Source: an uncultured Desulfobacterales bacterium
Lineage (GTDB): Bacteria; Desulfobacterota; Desulfobacteria; Desulfobacterales; B30-G6
DNA: 64,000 nt
Assembly: GCA_964633115.1 (NCBI GenBank)
Contig: CAZWEO010000006.1
Coordinates: forward strand, 13,091 to 77,090
Reading direction: 5' to 3'
Shown here one piece after another: positions 10,760 through 22,041 of this stretch. Every line of letters begins with the position of its first letter. The stretch's first letter is position 1. Below the pieces are notes generated by a model. The model searched no databases. It saw only the letters and a list, made by a program, of their open reading frames with translations, and was not told where the DNA came from. The position numbers and the translations under genes are program-made.

Positions 10760-12331
10760 TCAGGGATCGCTTGCATAGCCGCGACCACGAACGCCTTTAA
10801 GCATCCGATTGAACCATGGTCGCTTACGGACTTTTTTGTGCTCACCAGTATTGATTGATGTTGCCCCAACCAATGTAATCAGGCCGCTGATCATTGCCTT
10901 CAATTGGGCAGCCTGCGCATTCAATTCCTCAGAAGCAGCCGCCGATTCCTCTGCATCAGCCGCCCGCATAGCCAGATTTCGGACCTCGTCAGCCACGACG
11001 GCAAAACCGGCACCGGCTTCGCCTGCACGGGCTGCCTCTACAGCTGCATTTAGTGCCAGCAGGTTAGTCTGAAAGGCAATCTCATCGATGGTTTTGATGA
11101 TCTTGGATGTTTCCTCACTGGCCTTTGATATCTCATCCATACTGTGGATGAGTGCTGACATGGAATCATCAGCTTGCTTCACAACCTGATTGGCTTCCTT
11201 CATCAAATTATCGGCATGCCGCGCATTGTCGGCATTCTGGTTGGTCATGGCTGACATCTCCTCCAGTGAAGATGACGTTTCCTCTATGGAGGCTGCTTGT
11301 TCCGAAGAGCCTTCTGCCAAGGATTGGCTGGATGATGATACCTGACCCGAAGCCGCGGCCACCTGGTCAGCTCCCGCGTTGAGGCCTAGGATTACCCTGT
11401 TGAGAGGCTTGGTGATTGATCGCACCGAAAGGATGGATAGGGTCGTACCGATAAACAGAATAATACCGGAAGTAATGTAGAGAATCCAAATGGTCGCTAG
11501 TTTCTGATTGTTTGCTGCGGCCACCTTGGATGCAATAATTTCATCGATTACTGCGTTGATATTGACAACAGTCTTCTCAACGTCATGCGCAGCCTGCCGC
11601 ATAACCGGATACTGTTGCTCCATCAAAGCAATGTTGGCCGCAAATTGGCCCAAGCTGCCCACATAAGAATTCGTGTGGCTTGCGATCTCATCTTTCAAGT
11701 CACTTACCAATTCCATTTCAGCCAGATCAACAGCCATGGTTTCCATGACGCTATGGGCCTTTTGAACGTACTTGTCGTCTTCCCGCAATACATAGTCCTT
11801 CTCATGCCGTCGTAAAAGAAGATAGTGTGCCATGAGTTCGGAAGATCCGGTTTTCTTGATCGCAGACTCGATTTTATCCGCAAAGTAACGCATGTCACCC
11901 CGGATGCCTGAATCTTTATCCCCTTGCGCTAAAATCTGCTCAGCCACCTTAGCAAAAGCAGTTTTATAGGATATTATCGCTTTGAGAGCCGGTTGTATGT
12001 CGGCCACAACACCCTCTAATTGCATACGATCGCATACTTGACCCATCTCCTGGAAACGGGCGGTCATGCCGGAAAGGGTTTTGTCCATGCGGACTTTATA
12101 TTTTTTGTCGCGACGGGCAATGAAATCCTTTTCATGCCGGCGGGCAGTTAAAAGCGATGTATGAATATCCTTGGCATCATCACCGATCTTTTTGTACGAT
12201 GCGATCAACTCATCAAAAGTATGGGTAATATCAGTCAATTCAAAGATGGAAATGCCGGCAATGATCATTACAAGGAATAAAACGATTCCAAACGCCGCAT
12301 ATAATTTCTTCCCGATGGTTAAACTATTCAT
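10760..12331 (-). CDS. Methyl-accepting chemotaxis protein with apparent in-frame deletion in the signalling domain
   Basis: Two TMs; [31 protein letters not shown] tip; C-terminal arm of the hairpin largely missing. Confidence 0.85.
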   Translation of the reverse strand: MNSLTIGKKLYAAFGIVLFLVMIIAGISIFELTDITHTFDELIASYKKIGDDAKDIHTSLLTARRHEKDFIARRDKKYKVRMDKTLSGMTARFQEMGQVCDRMQLEGVVADIQPALKAIISYKTAFAKVAEQILAQGDKDSGIRGDMRYFADKIESAIKKTGSSELMAHYLLLRRHEKDYVLREDDKYVQKAHSVMETMAVDLAEMELVSDLKDEIASHTNSYVGSLGQFAANIALMEQQYPVMRQAAHDVEKTVVNINAVIDEIIASKVAAANNQKLATIWILYITSGIILFIGTTLSILSVRSITKPLNRVILGLNAGADQVAAASGQVSSSSQSLAEGSSEQAASIEETSSSLEEMSAMTNQNADNARHADNLMKEANQVVKQADDSMSALIHSMDEISKASEETSKIIKTIDEIAFQTNLLALNAAVEAARAGEAGAGFAVVADEVRNLAMRAADAEESAAASEELNAQAAQLKAMISGLITLVGATSINTGEHKKVRKRPWFNRMLKGVRGRGYASDP

Positions 12332-12357
12332 GCGTGCCTCCCTCCTATAATTTTTGA

Positions 12358-12870
12358 TTAGGCGGCTTGCTCCAGTACTTCGACTTCCTGTCGGCTCAGT
12401 ACCTGATCGATTTCGAACAGAATTTTTACGCCGCCCTCCATCTTGGCCATGCCCAGAATATAGTCTGTATTCAGCTTGGTTCCGAATGCCGGTGTTTCCT
12501 CGATCTCATGCTCTCTGATATTCAACACTTCAGATACTGAATCGACGACGATGCCGATCTGTACGGTTCCGGCCGCGCCTACAATTTCAACCACGATGAT
12601 GCAGGTTCTTTCATTATAATCGATAGTATCCATGCCAAAGCGCAGCCTGAGGTCCATGACCGGTATCACCTTGCCGCGCAGATTGATGACTCCTTTGATA
12701 AATTCAGGCGTCTGGGGTACGGATGTAATCGGCATCATGCCGATGATCTCCTTGATTTTCAGAATCCCAATGCCGTATTCCTCTTGGGCCAATGTAAAAG
12801 TCAGGTATTTGCCTTCCTTGTCTGCAATTGAATTTGCGGTCTGAATCGCCTCGTCGGTTAATGCGGTCAT
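12358..12870 (-). CDS. cheW: Chemotaxis coupling protein CheW
   Basis: KYLTF...[29 protein letters not shown]. Confidence 0.95.
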   Translation of the reverse strand: MTALTDEAIQTANSIADKEGKYLTFTLAQEEYGIGILKIKEIIGMMPITSVPQTPEFIKGVINLRGKVIPVMDLRLRFGMDTIDYNERTCIIVVEIVGAAGTVQIGIVVDSVSEVLNIREHEIEETPAFGTKLNTDYILGMAKMEGGVKILFEIDQVLSRQEVEVLEQAA

Positions 12871-12943
12871 TTCAATTTCTCCTCTATATCGATTGGGGAT
12901 TTCTTTATCGTTTGCTTAGTACATTGGTTCAGGACATGCTAAT

Positions 12944-12960
12944 TACAATTAGCATGCCAA
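12944..12960 (-). promoter_or_regulatory. Putative sigma54 promoter of cheW-mcp
   Basis: TTGGCATG-N4-TTGTA on the minus strand (-12 deviates from TTGC). Confidence 0.55.
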
Positions 12961-13102
12961 AAATGATATCATTTATTTATAATTATATTATCAGATAGTT
13001 AATTAATCGAATTGTCAAATCAGGAAGGATCTTTAAAGGAGGTGTCCGTCTTTTACGAACAAACGATTCGCATAGAGTGAACCAAACCGGGATTAGTGGT
13101 TA

Positions 13103-14524
13103 TCACTTGAGGCTGAGTTTGTGTTTCTTCAATAATTCGTATAGGCGTGTACGGGCTAGATTGGCCATTTTGAGGGCTTTTTTATGATTCCCTCTGGCTT
13201 TCGCAACCAACTTTTGCAGATACTCTTTTTCAACCAATTCCAATTTTCGATCTCGAAATTCCCGAAAGCTCGGGAAATCTTCTTCGTTATCCCAAACATC
13301 GATGGCAACCTGACTTTCCAATGATTTTGGTTCTGGTTTAATTTGCTTTGTAACGCGCGACTTTACACTTATAGCCCGGATTTCAACGGGCAGATGTTTG
13401 GCAAACAAAATCGAGTCGTTATATGCCTGGGCAACCAGTTCCATGGTGTTGGCCAATTCTCTGACATTGCCTGGCCAGTTATAGGTTTCCAGCATTTGAA
13501 AAAAATCTTGGGAAAACCCTTTTTCCGGGATCCCGAAATCCTGGCAAAGATTGTTGGCAAAATAAATAGCCAAGGCCTTGATATCTGAAGATCTCTCCCT
13601 TAAGGGTGGCAGGCTGATGGTAAAAGTATTCAAACGATAATACAAATCCCTTCGGAAATCGCCTTTGATAAGCATGTTCTCTAGATTGCGGTTGGTTGCT
13701 GTAATCAGTCTGAAGTCTATTGCTTGTTCCTGCACACCACCTACCGGTCGATAACGATGCTCCTGCAACACCCGCAGAAACTTGCGCTGCGTGGCAAGCG
13801 GCAATTCGCCAATTTCATCCAGAAATAGTGTTCCTTGATGGGCGGTTTGAATAAGACCGGATTTGGATCTATCTGCGCCGGTGAAGGCGCCTTTTTCATG
13901 CCCGAAAAGCATGCTCTCAACAAGGTTATCCGGTAAACTGGCGCAATCTACTACCGTAAAGGTTTGGTCTGCCCGATGGCTGTTGCGGTGAATCAAATTG
14001 GCAAACAATTCCTTTCCGGTCCCGGTCTCACCGGTTATGAGCACATTGGCCTCTGTGGATGCGGCTTTGGCCACCAAAGCAAAACAAGCCCTCATCCCGG
14101 AACTGTCGCCAATCACGCCGGCATGATCCAATACCAGCAAGGAATCTCCCAACCGCGACTGTGCGCGAAAGCGAATGGCGCGCTGCAAGGTTAGCGTAAA
14201 TTTATCGATGAACACCGGTTTTTCCAAAAAATCCCAAGCACCGTTTTTTACGGCCAGTTCAGCGCCATCCGGGTCTCCGTAGGCGGTCATGATGATGATT
14301 TCGGGTTGACCCGGACCTACGCGCAAGATTGGTAGGATATCCAACCCACTCCCATCCGGCAATTTGATATCCAAAAAAACCACGTCAAATAGGTTGGCAT
14401 TTCCAATAGCCAAAGCATCTTTGCAGGTGCCTACGGTTGTGATTTCATGCCCGAGATCTGAGAACTCACCCTCCAGCAAATCACGGATATCCAGCTCATC
14501 GTCGACAATCAAAATCGATGCCAT
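13103..14524 (-). CDS. Sigma54-dependent response regulator (NtrC-type REC-AAA+-HTH)
   Basis: GETGTGKE, GAFTGA, FLDEIGE and WPGNVREL motifs. Confidence 0.95.
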   Translation of the reverse strand: MASILIVDDELDIRDLLEGEFSDLGHEITTVGTCKDALAIGNANLFDVVFLDIKLPDGSGLDILPILRVGPGQPEIIIMTAYGDPDGAELAVKNGAWDFLEKPVFIDKFTLTLQRAIRFRAQSRLGDSLLVLDHAGVIGDSSGMRACFALVAKAASTEANVLITGETGTGKELFANLIHRNSHRADQTFTVVDCASLPDNLVESMLFGHEKGAFTGADRSKSGLIQTAHQGTLFLDEIGELPLATQRKFLRVLQEHRYRPVGGVQEQAIDFRLITATNRNLENMLIKGDFRRDLYYRLNTFTISLPPLRERSSDIKALAIYFANNLCQDFGIPEKGFSQDFFQMLETYNWPGNVRELANTMELVAQAYNDSILFAKHLPVEIRAISVKSRVTKQIKPEPKSLESQVAIDVWDNEEDFPSFREFRDRKLELVEKEYLQKLVAKARGNHKKALKMANLARTRLYELLKKHKLSLK

Positions 14525-14562
14525 CTTAAAACCTCATGCTTTTTTGTGGTCGTATCCTTTTA

Positions 14563-17500
14563 TTAATTTGAGTTGAACTGATCCAGCACGCGCCTGACGG
14601 TGGTGGCAATTTCCTCCACCACTGCGGGCTTCATGATCATTTCTTTTATACCCAGTGCTTTGGCCTTGGCCGGCGTAATTTTTTCGCTGTATCCGGTACA
14701 AATAATAATTGGCAGGTCCGCTTTGAGGGCCAGCATCTCCTTGGCCAGCTCATCACCGGTCATCTTCGGCATGGTCATGTCGGTTACCACCAGGTCGAAC
14801 AGGTCCGGATTTTGGCGAAACACCTTCAAAGCCGCCAGACTGCTCGTTTCTCCGGTTACAGAATAGCCCAGCAGTGTTAAAACCTGTTTGCCAATATCAA
14901 CCTGGTTGGGCTCATCATCAACAAAGAGGATTCGCTCGGTACCCATGGGAAGGGGGGCGCGTGTAACCACTTTGCCAATCGATTCGGTATCAATGATTGG
15001 CAAAAACACACGAAAGCGCGACCCCTTACCAGGTGCGCTTTCCACGGTTATCAAACCGCCGCAATCCTTCACGATGCCATGCACCACGGATAGCCCCAGA
15101 CCAGTACCCTCATCTGGTTTTTTGGTGGTGAAAAACGGATCAAAAATACGGTCTTTGGCTTCAGGTGACATGCCATGGCCGCTATCCTTTACAGTCAGCT
15201 CAATGTACGCGCCGGGAACGACGTCGGTATGCGTTTTACAGAAGTCATCATCCAGCATAATATCGGTCAGACTTACAGTCATTTTGCCACCACGCATCTG
15301 CATGGCATGGGCGGCATTGGTGCACAAGTTCATGATAATCTGGTGGATCTGGGTGGGATCGGCCATGACTGTCGATGCGCTATGAATATCTTGCGCAACA
15401 TCGATTGTTGCCGGTAAGGAAGCCCGAATCAGTTTTAGGGCTTCTTTGGTGATAGATTTAATTTGGACCGGCTTGACGGCCCGTTCGGTTTGACGACTGA
15501 AGGTTAAAATTTGTTTTACCAAATCACCCGCACGGATGCCGGCACTTAATATCCGCTGTAAATTATCCTTCAATTTGGAACCGTGGGGTGCATCCCGCAA
15601 GGAGATCTCCGTAAAACCAATGATGGCAGAAAGGATGTTGTTAAAATCGTGGGCAATGCCACCGGCCAGGGTTCCAATGGCTTCCATTTTTTGGGCCTGG
15701 ATGAGCTGTTTTTGGAGCTGTTTTCTTTCCTTTTCAACTCGCTTTTGTTTGCTTATGTCCCGGACAATGGCTTGAATATGGGGCCCATCACTCAACTCAA
15801 CCCGGTTCAGATTGACATCCACATCAAACATGCTGCCGTCCTTGCGTATGTGTTGCCATTCGAAATGTTGGGTTTCGCCTTGATAGGCCGCCTTGATTTT
15901 TTGTAGGGCCTTTTCTTTTGATGTGATCCCGTCCGGTTGCAACACAGGTGAAAAGTCAGCTGGGTTTTTACCGATAATCTCATACCGCTCGCGACCGAAC
16001 ATCTCTAGTGTTTTAAGGTTGCAGTCCATAAATACATCGTCCTTCATGGTAAATATGGTATCATTGGCGGCATTAAATAGAGTACGATAGCGGCCTTCCT
16101 TTTTCCGTAGCGCTTCCTCAGCCAGCTTGCGTTCAGTAATGTCATAGATGACACCGTCAAGATACTGAATTTTACCATTCTCACCGTTGATCCCCACACC
16201 ATGCTCATACACCCAAAGTTCATGTCCCTTTATGTCTGTAATTCTGTATTCTAACATAAAGGAATCGCCATTTGTGATGCTCTCTTCAATCGCGTTCCAA
16301 ACCATGTCGCGATCGTCCGGGTGGATAATACTGGCAAATGTTCGCACCCGACTTCCGATGAAGTCAGACGCTGGGTATCCGGAAATATCCGTTACCACAT
16401 CACTCAAAAAATGCATGGTCCAATCCGAATCCCGATCGCATCGATATACCGCACCCGGAATGTTTGCCACCAGCGAGCGGAAACGTTTTTCATTGTCGCG
16501 GAGTTCCTTTTCTGCCTTTCTAAGGCTGGAAATATCAATGAGCGATGCGATACTCTGTTGTGTTTCCACAATCAAGCCAACCTGAATAATCGCGTTTCGT
16601 GTTTGGCCCTGCCTATCGATCAATTCGAGTTCGTATTCGGAAGGGACGTTTTCTTCTCCTTTTCTTCTACCAACATGATAGGCCTGGATTCTTGCAAGAT
16701 CCCTTTCACTCACAAAATCAGAGGTTTTCATTTTGCCTTCGATTTCATCTCGCGAGTATCCTATGAGTTCCTCACATTTTGTGTTGACTTGCGATATGGT
16801 CATATCTGCTTCAGCAACAAAAGTCGCGGTCCCCGTGTTTTCAAAAAGGCCTCGATATATTTTTTCGCTCCTACGCAACGACTCCTCCGCCAGCAAGCGA
16901 TGGGTGATATCGCGTATCACTTCAATGGCGCCTACAATTTCTCCGTTGGAATTATAGAGCTTACAGGCGCTATTCCAAAACAGGGACGGTTTCGGTTTAA
17001 AGGGCGGATCGATGGTTTCTGATATTAGCACTTCGCCTATCTGCTTTACATAAGCATATTCCTTAGCGATCTTCTCTTCCCAATTGAGGGATAAGTCGGC
17101 CAAAACCGGTCTTCTAGCACCGTAAAAAGGGACTGCATATTCATAGTTGCCTTTGCCGATCATATCTTCTGCCTTGGCGCCGCTAAGCTCCTCGATGGCA
17201 CGATTCCATGCCAATACTTTGCCTTCTGTATCGATGACATAGGTAGCATCCGGCAAAAAGTCGATGATGTCTGCCAAGCGGCGCTCTGAATCTTTCAGAG
17301 CATTCTCGATCTTTAGGCGATCCGATATATCTAATCCTAAACTCAGAACAAAATTTTGGTTATTCACCAAGAACCGTTTCCCGGTCAGCATATAAGGTAT
17401 TTTCGAACCATCTTTTACGGTCGCGCAAACTTCGATGTTCTGGTTTTCTCCTTGTAACACCCGATCGATGCCTCGGATAGCCGCTGTTTTCTCCTCGCCC

Positions 17501-18129
17501 TCAAAGAAATCAGTTATGGGCATATGATCAAGCTCTTCGGAACTATAGCCGCTGAGTACTTCAAGATTGCTATTCCACTTTATGAGGTGCCGATTTTCAT
17601 CGTAAAGATAAAATACACCCGGCAGGCTGTTCAATAGGGTTTCCGAGAAGTTCTTTTCTTGGAAAAGCTTTTCTTCGGCTTGCTTACGATCGGATATATC
17701 CTGGATGATGCCGTCAGAATAAATGAAGCGACCCTCTTTATCTTTTACGAGGCTGGCATTGATGGAGCCCCAAAAAATCGTTCCATTCTTACGCTTGAAC
17801 TCGACTTCAATATCCTTCACGCTTCCTTGTGCTTTCAACAAACCCAAATTTTCTTCTCTTTTTTCAGGATCTTTATATATATCGGTCAACTTGAATTTGG
17901 AAAGGTCCTCTGCATCGAATCCGAACATTTTAAGTGCCGCAGGATTTGCCGACAAAATAACTCCTTCGGTAGAAGCACGATATAATCCCACAGGAACGTT
18001 TTCTGAAAGCGACCGATACCGTTCCTCGCTCTCTTTGAGGGCCTTCTCTGTTAATTGGCATTCTGCGACAATTTGCTTAAGTTCTTTGATGCGGGCCTCT
18101 AAGGCTTCTCGGGTGGGTTTATCAACCAT
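14563..18129 (-). CDS. Cytoplasmic multi-PAS hybrid histidine kinase
   Basis: About six PAS/PAC repeats, AHDFNN H-box, C-terminal receiver. Confidence 0.94.
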   Translation of the reverse strand: MVDKPTREALEARIKELKQIVAECQLTEKALKESEERYRSLSENVPVGLYRASTEGVILSANPAALKMFGFDAEDLSKFKLTDIYKDPEKREENLGLLKAQGSVKDIEVEFKRKNGTIFWGSINASLVKDKEGRFIYSDGIIQDISDRKQAEEKLFQEKNFSETLLNSLPGVFYLYDENRHLIKWNSNLEVLSGYSSEELDHMPITDFFEGEEKTAAIRGIDRVLQGENQNIEVCATVKDGSKIPYMLTGKRFLVNNQNFVLSLGLDISDRLKIENALKDSERRLADIIDFLPDATYVIDTEGKVLAWNRAIEELSGAKAEDMIGKGNYEYAVPFYGARRPVLADLSLNWEEKIAKEYAYVKQIGEVLISETIDPPFKPKPSLFWNSACKLYNSNGEIVGAIEVIRDITHRLLAEESLRRSEKIYRGLFENTGTATFVAEADMTISQVNTKCEELIGYSRDEIEGKMKTSDFVSERDLARIQAYHVGRRKGEENVPSEYELELIDRQGQTRNAIIQVGLIVETQQSIASLIDISSLRKAEKELRDNEKRFRSLVANIPGAVYRCDRDSDWTMHFLSDVVTDISGYPASDFIGSRVRTFASIIHPDDRDMVWNAIEESITNGDSFMLEYRITDIKGHELWVYEHGVGINGENGKIQYLDGVIYDITERKLAEEALRKKEGRYRTLFNAANDTIFTMKDDVFMDCNLKTLEMFGRERYEIIGKNPADFSPVLQPDGITSKEKALQKIKAAYQGETQHFEWQHIRKDGSMFDVDVNLNRVELSDGPHIQAIVRDISKQKRVEKERKQLQKQLIQAQKMEAIGTLAGGIAHDFNNILSAIIGFTEISLRDAPHGSKLKDNLQRILSAGIRAGDLVKQILTFSRQTERAVKPVQIKSITKEALKLIRASLPATIDVAQDIHSASTVMADPTQIHQIIMNLCTNAAHAMQMRGGKMTVSLTDIMLDDDFCKTHTDVVPGAYIELTVKDSGHGMSPEAKDRIFDPFFTTKKPDEGTGLGLSVVHGIVKDCGGLITVESAPGKGSRFRVFLPIIDTESIGKVVTRAPLPMGTERILFVDDEPNQVDIGKQVLTLLGYSVTGETSSLAALKVFRQNPDLFDLVVTDMTMPKMTGDELAKEMLALKADLPIIICTGYSEKITPAKAKALGIKEMIMKPAVVEEIATTVRRVLDQFNSN

Positions 18130-18199
18130 TGGAAGATCCTCCGGTTGATTAAAAAGGGGAAACCGAACCGCTCAATATCAGTTGAGCAATACATTCTTC

Positions 18200-18251
18200 A
18201 AAAACAAAAGGCTCATACAATTGGCATGGTCTGATACCGTGTATGAGCCTT
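18200..18251 (-). terminator. Terminator/attenuator-like hairpin upstream of the kinase
   Basis: 12-bp stem aaggctcataca/tgtatgagcctt followed by a T-rich tract on the minus strand. Confidence 0.55.
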
Positions 18252-18458
18252 GTCTGTCATAGGGAAGCATCCCTGATTCGGTTGATATTTAAACTTTATT
18301 CAAGATAATTTCATTTCCGCATAGTCGATTGGAAGGCGTCCTCAGTTTAAATTTAAATAGCACAGCTCATCGTATACGGCAAATGGTATCCAAACCAGAA
18401 GAGATTGTTGACGCTAATGGGGATAGAAGATAAGCGTGGCATCTTACCGGCGGTGAAA

Positions 18459-19325
18459 TTAGAGGGTAACTTCTGATAGCTTTTTATACAATGCTTTGCG
18501 CACTTCTGTTAACGCAAAAGGTTTCTTCAAAAGAGGAATATTTTCATGGTTGATGTATTCTATCATGTGATCTGTTGCCGCTCTGGACATGAAAATGAAT
18601 CTATTGCCCACATCTTCGTACTGTTGTTTCAATTCTTGGTAAAATGCGATGCCATTCATCTCCGGCATGTCGATATCAGATATAATCACCGCATAATACG
18701 CACTGCATGCCATTTTGAAAGCTTCTTTACCATTGCTTGCTGTTTCTATATTCGCATCCCGGCTTAAAACGGTGGATAACAAATCCAAAATTGGCTCAGC
18801 ATCATCCACGACCAATATCCTCTCCCGCCAGACCGGCGACAACTCTTTTAAGCGTTGAATATAGTCAGATCCATTGGAGATTTCCCTTAAAAATTCCTCG
18901 ATGATGCGATGATGGTTCTGGATACTCGGTCCAATTACCTTGAAATGGGGACAATTAGCTTTCAGCGAATTAATGACATACAAAAAAATATCATTCCATT
19001 CCGAATATTCACAATTCAAAATAAACTCTAATATCAAGGATTTGTTAAGCGATCCTAATTCAATGGCGCTCTCAATTTTTTCTAATCCTTGTTCGATAAG
19101 TTCCGTTTCTTTTTGATTTAGCTCTATTTCCGAAACCAAGTGCGGATTATTTTTTAAACAAATAAGGGCACTGTTCATAAAGTGGAAATGCATGGCCTCA
19201 TCTTCGGCTAATCGACTGACAAATTCGGAAAAATGCGCATCCTCCCCAAAAGCAGCGGCCAAGGCTTCATATACCCTGCTGGCTCGATCTTCCAAATATA
19301 TCAACCATTCCACAAGATTTTTCAT
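18459..19325 (-). CDS. Ferritin-like N-terminal domain fused to a receiver domain
   Basis: LEDRA...LAEDEAMH (ExxH) helices; ILVVDD...ISDIDMP receiver. Confidence 0.8.
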   Translation of the reverse strand: MKNLVEWLIYLEDRASRVYEALAAAFGEDAHFSEFVSRLAEDEAMHFHFMNSALICLKNNPHLVSEIELNQKETELIEQGLEKIESAIELGSLNKSLILEFILNCEYSEWNDIFLYVINSLKANCPHFKVIGPSIQNHHRIIEEFLREISNGSDYIQRLKELSPVWRERILVVDDAEPILDLLSTVLSRDANIETASNGKEAFKMACSAYYAVIISDIDMPEMNGIAFYQELKQQYEDVGNRFIFMSRAATDHMIEYINHENIPLLKKPFALTEVRKALYKKLSEVTL

Positions 19326-19331
19326 GTTATC

Positions 19332-19811
19332 TCATTTTCGATTTTGTTGATTATTGAGCCTGGGTTGAATACCAAACCTTTGGATAAATGTGACAAGCTG
19401 CCTTCTTTGATTTTTTGTTAGCTTGATAAATCGGATACCAACTTTTCTGATATCTTCATTTTTAGGGTTCGAAAATATCTTGCGGTCAGAAATCACTTTA
19501 TAAGCAATGCTACCAATTAATCTGCTGTTTTCATTTGTCACGATGGATAGGGTACTGACATCATGCGGCCAAATATCTTGAGACACATATCGGGCACCCA
19601 GACCATTCAAGCTGATATCAACTATCGTTGCGATATAATTGGTTTCCTTTTTCCATATTTTAAATCGGTGTGGTTTTCTGATTCGAATATAAAAGTTTGA
19701 TTTGAGCGTGTAACGCAATTTGTGCCGACGTTCACCCAGATTTTGTCTACGGTCTTCTTGGCTTCGCTTTATCAACACCCGCTGACCGGTATCCGATTTT
19801 GAGTCCGGCAT
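19332..19811 (-). CDS. PilZ-domain protein
   Basis: ERRHKLR (RxxxR), DISLNG (DxSxxG), GIRF. Confidence 0.82.
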   Translation of the reverse strand: MPDSKSDTGQRVLIKRSQEDRRQNLGERRHKLRYTLKSNFYIRIRKPHRFKIWKKETNYIATIVDISLNGLGARYVSQDIWPHDVSTLSIVTNENSRLIGSIAYKVISDRKIFSNPKNEDIRKVGIRFIKLTKNQRRQLVTFIQRFGIQPRLNNQQNRK

Positions 19812-19873
19812 GGTGGTTTCTTTACTGGTTGTTTTGTTCTCAAAGTCTGTTCCAACAACTCGAAATTCTATAA

Positions 19874-19889
19874 TCAAATATTATGCCAA
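19874..19889 (-). promoter_or_regulatory. Putative sigma54 promoter of the PilZ gene
   Basis: TTGGCATA-N4-TTGA on the minus strand. Confidence 0.5.
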
Positions 19890-20035
19890 CATGGAGTCTA
19901 ATAATTTATATAACTAAATTAAATAGATAGATGAAGGGATAAAAAGGAAGGTAATATTTTGCGCTTTATATTTCCGCTCTTTACGAACAACTTGTTCATA
20001 AATAATGAACTTGGGCTCGATGAACCGGCTAGCAT

Positions 20036-21340
20036 CTAAAGCATTTTGCCAGGTAACCAAAGGGCCAATGAGGGAAACAACATGGTTAGCAAGAGGACAA
20101 TCAGCTGGATAAGGACAAACGGTGGGATGGATCGCCAGATGTCCTTGGTGTGAATTTCAGGCGGGGCCACACCTTTCATTAAAATGAGTGCCCAACCAAA
20201 GGGCGGCGTCAAATAAGCCACTTGCATGTTGAGGATAAAAATGATGGCAAACCATGTGGGATCGAATCCCAACAACACGGCAATGGGAATAAAAATGGGC
20301 GCACAAATGGTCAGGACTGCATAGTCGTCCATAAACATACCGAAAACAAGCAGGATGACTTGCATAACAGCCAGGATTAGCCAGCGGTTAACTGTCAAGC
20401 CTTCAACCAGTTCCATAACCATGTCTTGAGCCCCGGCACTGGTATACACCACCCCAAACAGAGTGGCCGTGACCAGGATCCACAGCGCCATACCGCTAAT
20501 TTTCATGGTTTCCAGGCAAGAATCGGTTAGGACCTTCCACGTTAAGCGTCTGTAGACAATACAAATCACAAAAGATCCAAAAGCACCCACCCCAGCGGCT
20601 TCACTGGGTGTGGCAATCCCCTTAAAAATCGATCCCAATACCAAGACCACCAACATAGCCGGAAGGACAATATCTTTTAAGGACGCCAGCCTGGCTTTCC
20701 AGGTCGTATCTTCAACTGCTTTGGGAGCCAATTCCGGCTGGAGGTAACAACGTACACTGATGTAAATGATATAAAGACTGGCGGTGATCAAACCGGGTAT
20801 GGCGCCGCCAAAGAAAATTTTACCAATCGAAATTCGGGAGATATAGGCAAATATGATCATGATGATGCTGGGTGGAATGATCTCTCCCAGGACACCGCCG
20901 GCCATGACACTACCCAGGGCCAGGGATTTGTCGTAGCGTTGCTTGAGCATCGCCGGCACCGCGATCAGACCCATGGTGAGAATTCCCGGCCCAAACCCAC
21001 CACACATGGCCAGGGCCACACAGACACCCACGGATACAATCGCCAGACCGCCGCGCACACCTGTAAGCCAAAGATTCAGAGCTTTGAATAAACGATCGGA
21101 TATACCCGAATGGATCAAAAAGTTGCCCATTAGGAGAAACAATGGAATTGTGATCAATCCTGGATCCGTAATTTGGCGGTAAGTGGTGGTAGCAACCACA
21201 TAAAGACCATTGGTGCCGTCCAGTAAAGAAATAATCAGTACGCTGATGCCACCCAAGGCAAACACAACTGGAACACCCAACGCCAGCAGAGAAAGAAGTC
21301 CGCCAAATAACAGGACTGTCGACAATCCAATACTCATCAT
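20036..21340 (-). CDS. dctM: TRAP transporter large permease
   Basis: TIPLFLLMG, GEIIPPSI, IATPSEAA and YLTPPFG motifs; highly hydrophobic. Confidence 0.93.
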   Translation of the reverse strand: MMSIGLSTVLLFGGLLSLLALGVPVVFALGGISVLIISLLDGTNGLYVVATTTYRQITDPGLITIPLFLLMGNFLIHSGISDRLFKALNLWLTGVRGGLAIVSVGVCVALAMCGGFGPGILTMGLIAVPAMLKQRYDKSLALGSVMAGGVLGEIIPPSIIMIIFAYISRISIGKIFFGGAIPGLITASLYIIYISVRCYLQPELAPKAVEDTTWKARLASLKDIVLPAMLVVLVLGSIFKGIATPSEAAGVGAFGSFVICIVYRRLTWKVLTDSCLETMKISGMALWILVTATLFGVVYTSAGAQDMVMELVEGLTVNRWLILAVMQVILLVFGMFMDDYAVLTICAPIFIPIAVLLGFDPTWFAIIFILNMQVAYLTPPFGWALILMKGVAPPEIHTKDIWRSIPPFVLIQLIVLLLTMLFPSLALWLPGKML

Positions 21341-21356
21341 ATTGGTTCCTTTTTGA

Positions 21357-21845
21357 TCAATTTAGACGCCGTCGGAAAAAAGATATGCCTTCTAGTAGAA
21401 ACAGAAATGCAACCACCGGTATCAACAATTTAAATGGGTAAAGGGGAATTCGGAAGGCTCCGGGTGCTTTTTCCCGCATCATCAGAGAATTCCAGCCCAT
21501 CCAGCTGGACTGCCAAATCAAAATCCCAATAAAGGCGATAAAGGCGATAAAGGCGATCCAATCGGCAACTTTTTTAAAGCCGGGTGGGAAGTGGTCATAA
21601 AAAATTTCGATACGGATATGCTCGCCCTTGTAGAGCGTATAGGCACCTGCAAACATGATGAAGACGCCGAACAAGATCCGGTTGAGGAGCCATCCCCAGA
21701 GCAAGGGGTGATTGAAGACATATCGCGCGGTTACATCTATGGCCGTTATGGCCATGATGACAAAGACTAAATAGCATACGACGCGACTCGACCGATCGAC
21801 TGCCAGATCGACCCAGTTGCAAATTTTATCAATAATTTGATTCAT
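21357..21845 (-). CDS. dctQ: TRAP transporter small permease
   Basis: DVTARYVFNHP, GEHIRIE; four TMs. Confidence 0.92.
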   Translation of the reverse strand: MNQIIDKICNWVDLAVDRSSRVVCYLVFVIMAITAIDVTARYVFNHPLLWGWLLNRILFGVFIMFAGAYTLYKGEHIRIEIFYDHFPPGFKKVADWIAFIAFIAFIGILIWQSSWMGWNSLMMREKAPGAFRIPLYPFKLLIPVVAFLFLLEGISFFRRRLN

Positions 21846-21878
21846 GCCGGCCGCCTGTAATATAAGTGTGTATACGAC

Positions 21879-21941
21879 TTCGTACGCTTACGTGAAGGTT
21901 TTGCACCATTACGTGAAGGTTTCGTACCCTTACGTGACGGT
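21879..21941. repeat. Three imperfect 21-bp tandem repeats
   Basis: ttcgtacgcttacgtgaaggt / tttgcaccattacgtgaaggt / ttcgtacccttacgtgacggt. Confidence 0.8.
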
Positions 21942-21945
21942 AATT

Positions 21946-21983
21946 AAAAGCCAGGAGGGTAATCCGTTACCCTCCTGGCTTTT
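21946..21983 (-). terminator. Strong hairpin after dctP (terminator or mRNA stabiliser)
   Basis: aaaagccaggagggtaa-tccg-ttaccctcctggctttt perfect stem. Confidence 0.8.
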
Positions 21984-22041
21984 GGCTGTTGGTTCTTGTA
22001 GGGAATGATAATCGTCGCTTGCAATAAATATGGCGGAATTA

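Noticed and set aside
21879-21941. CRISPR array
   Set aside because: Repeats are contiguous with no unique spacers, and no cas genes are present.
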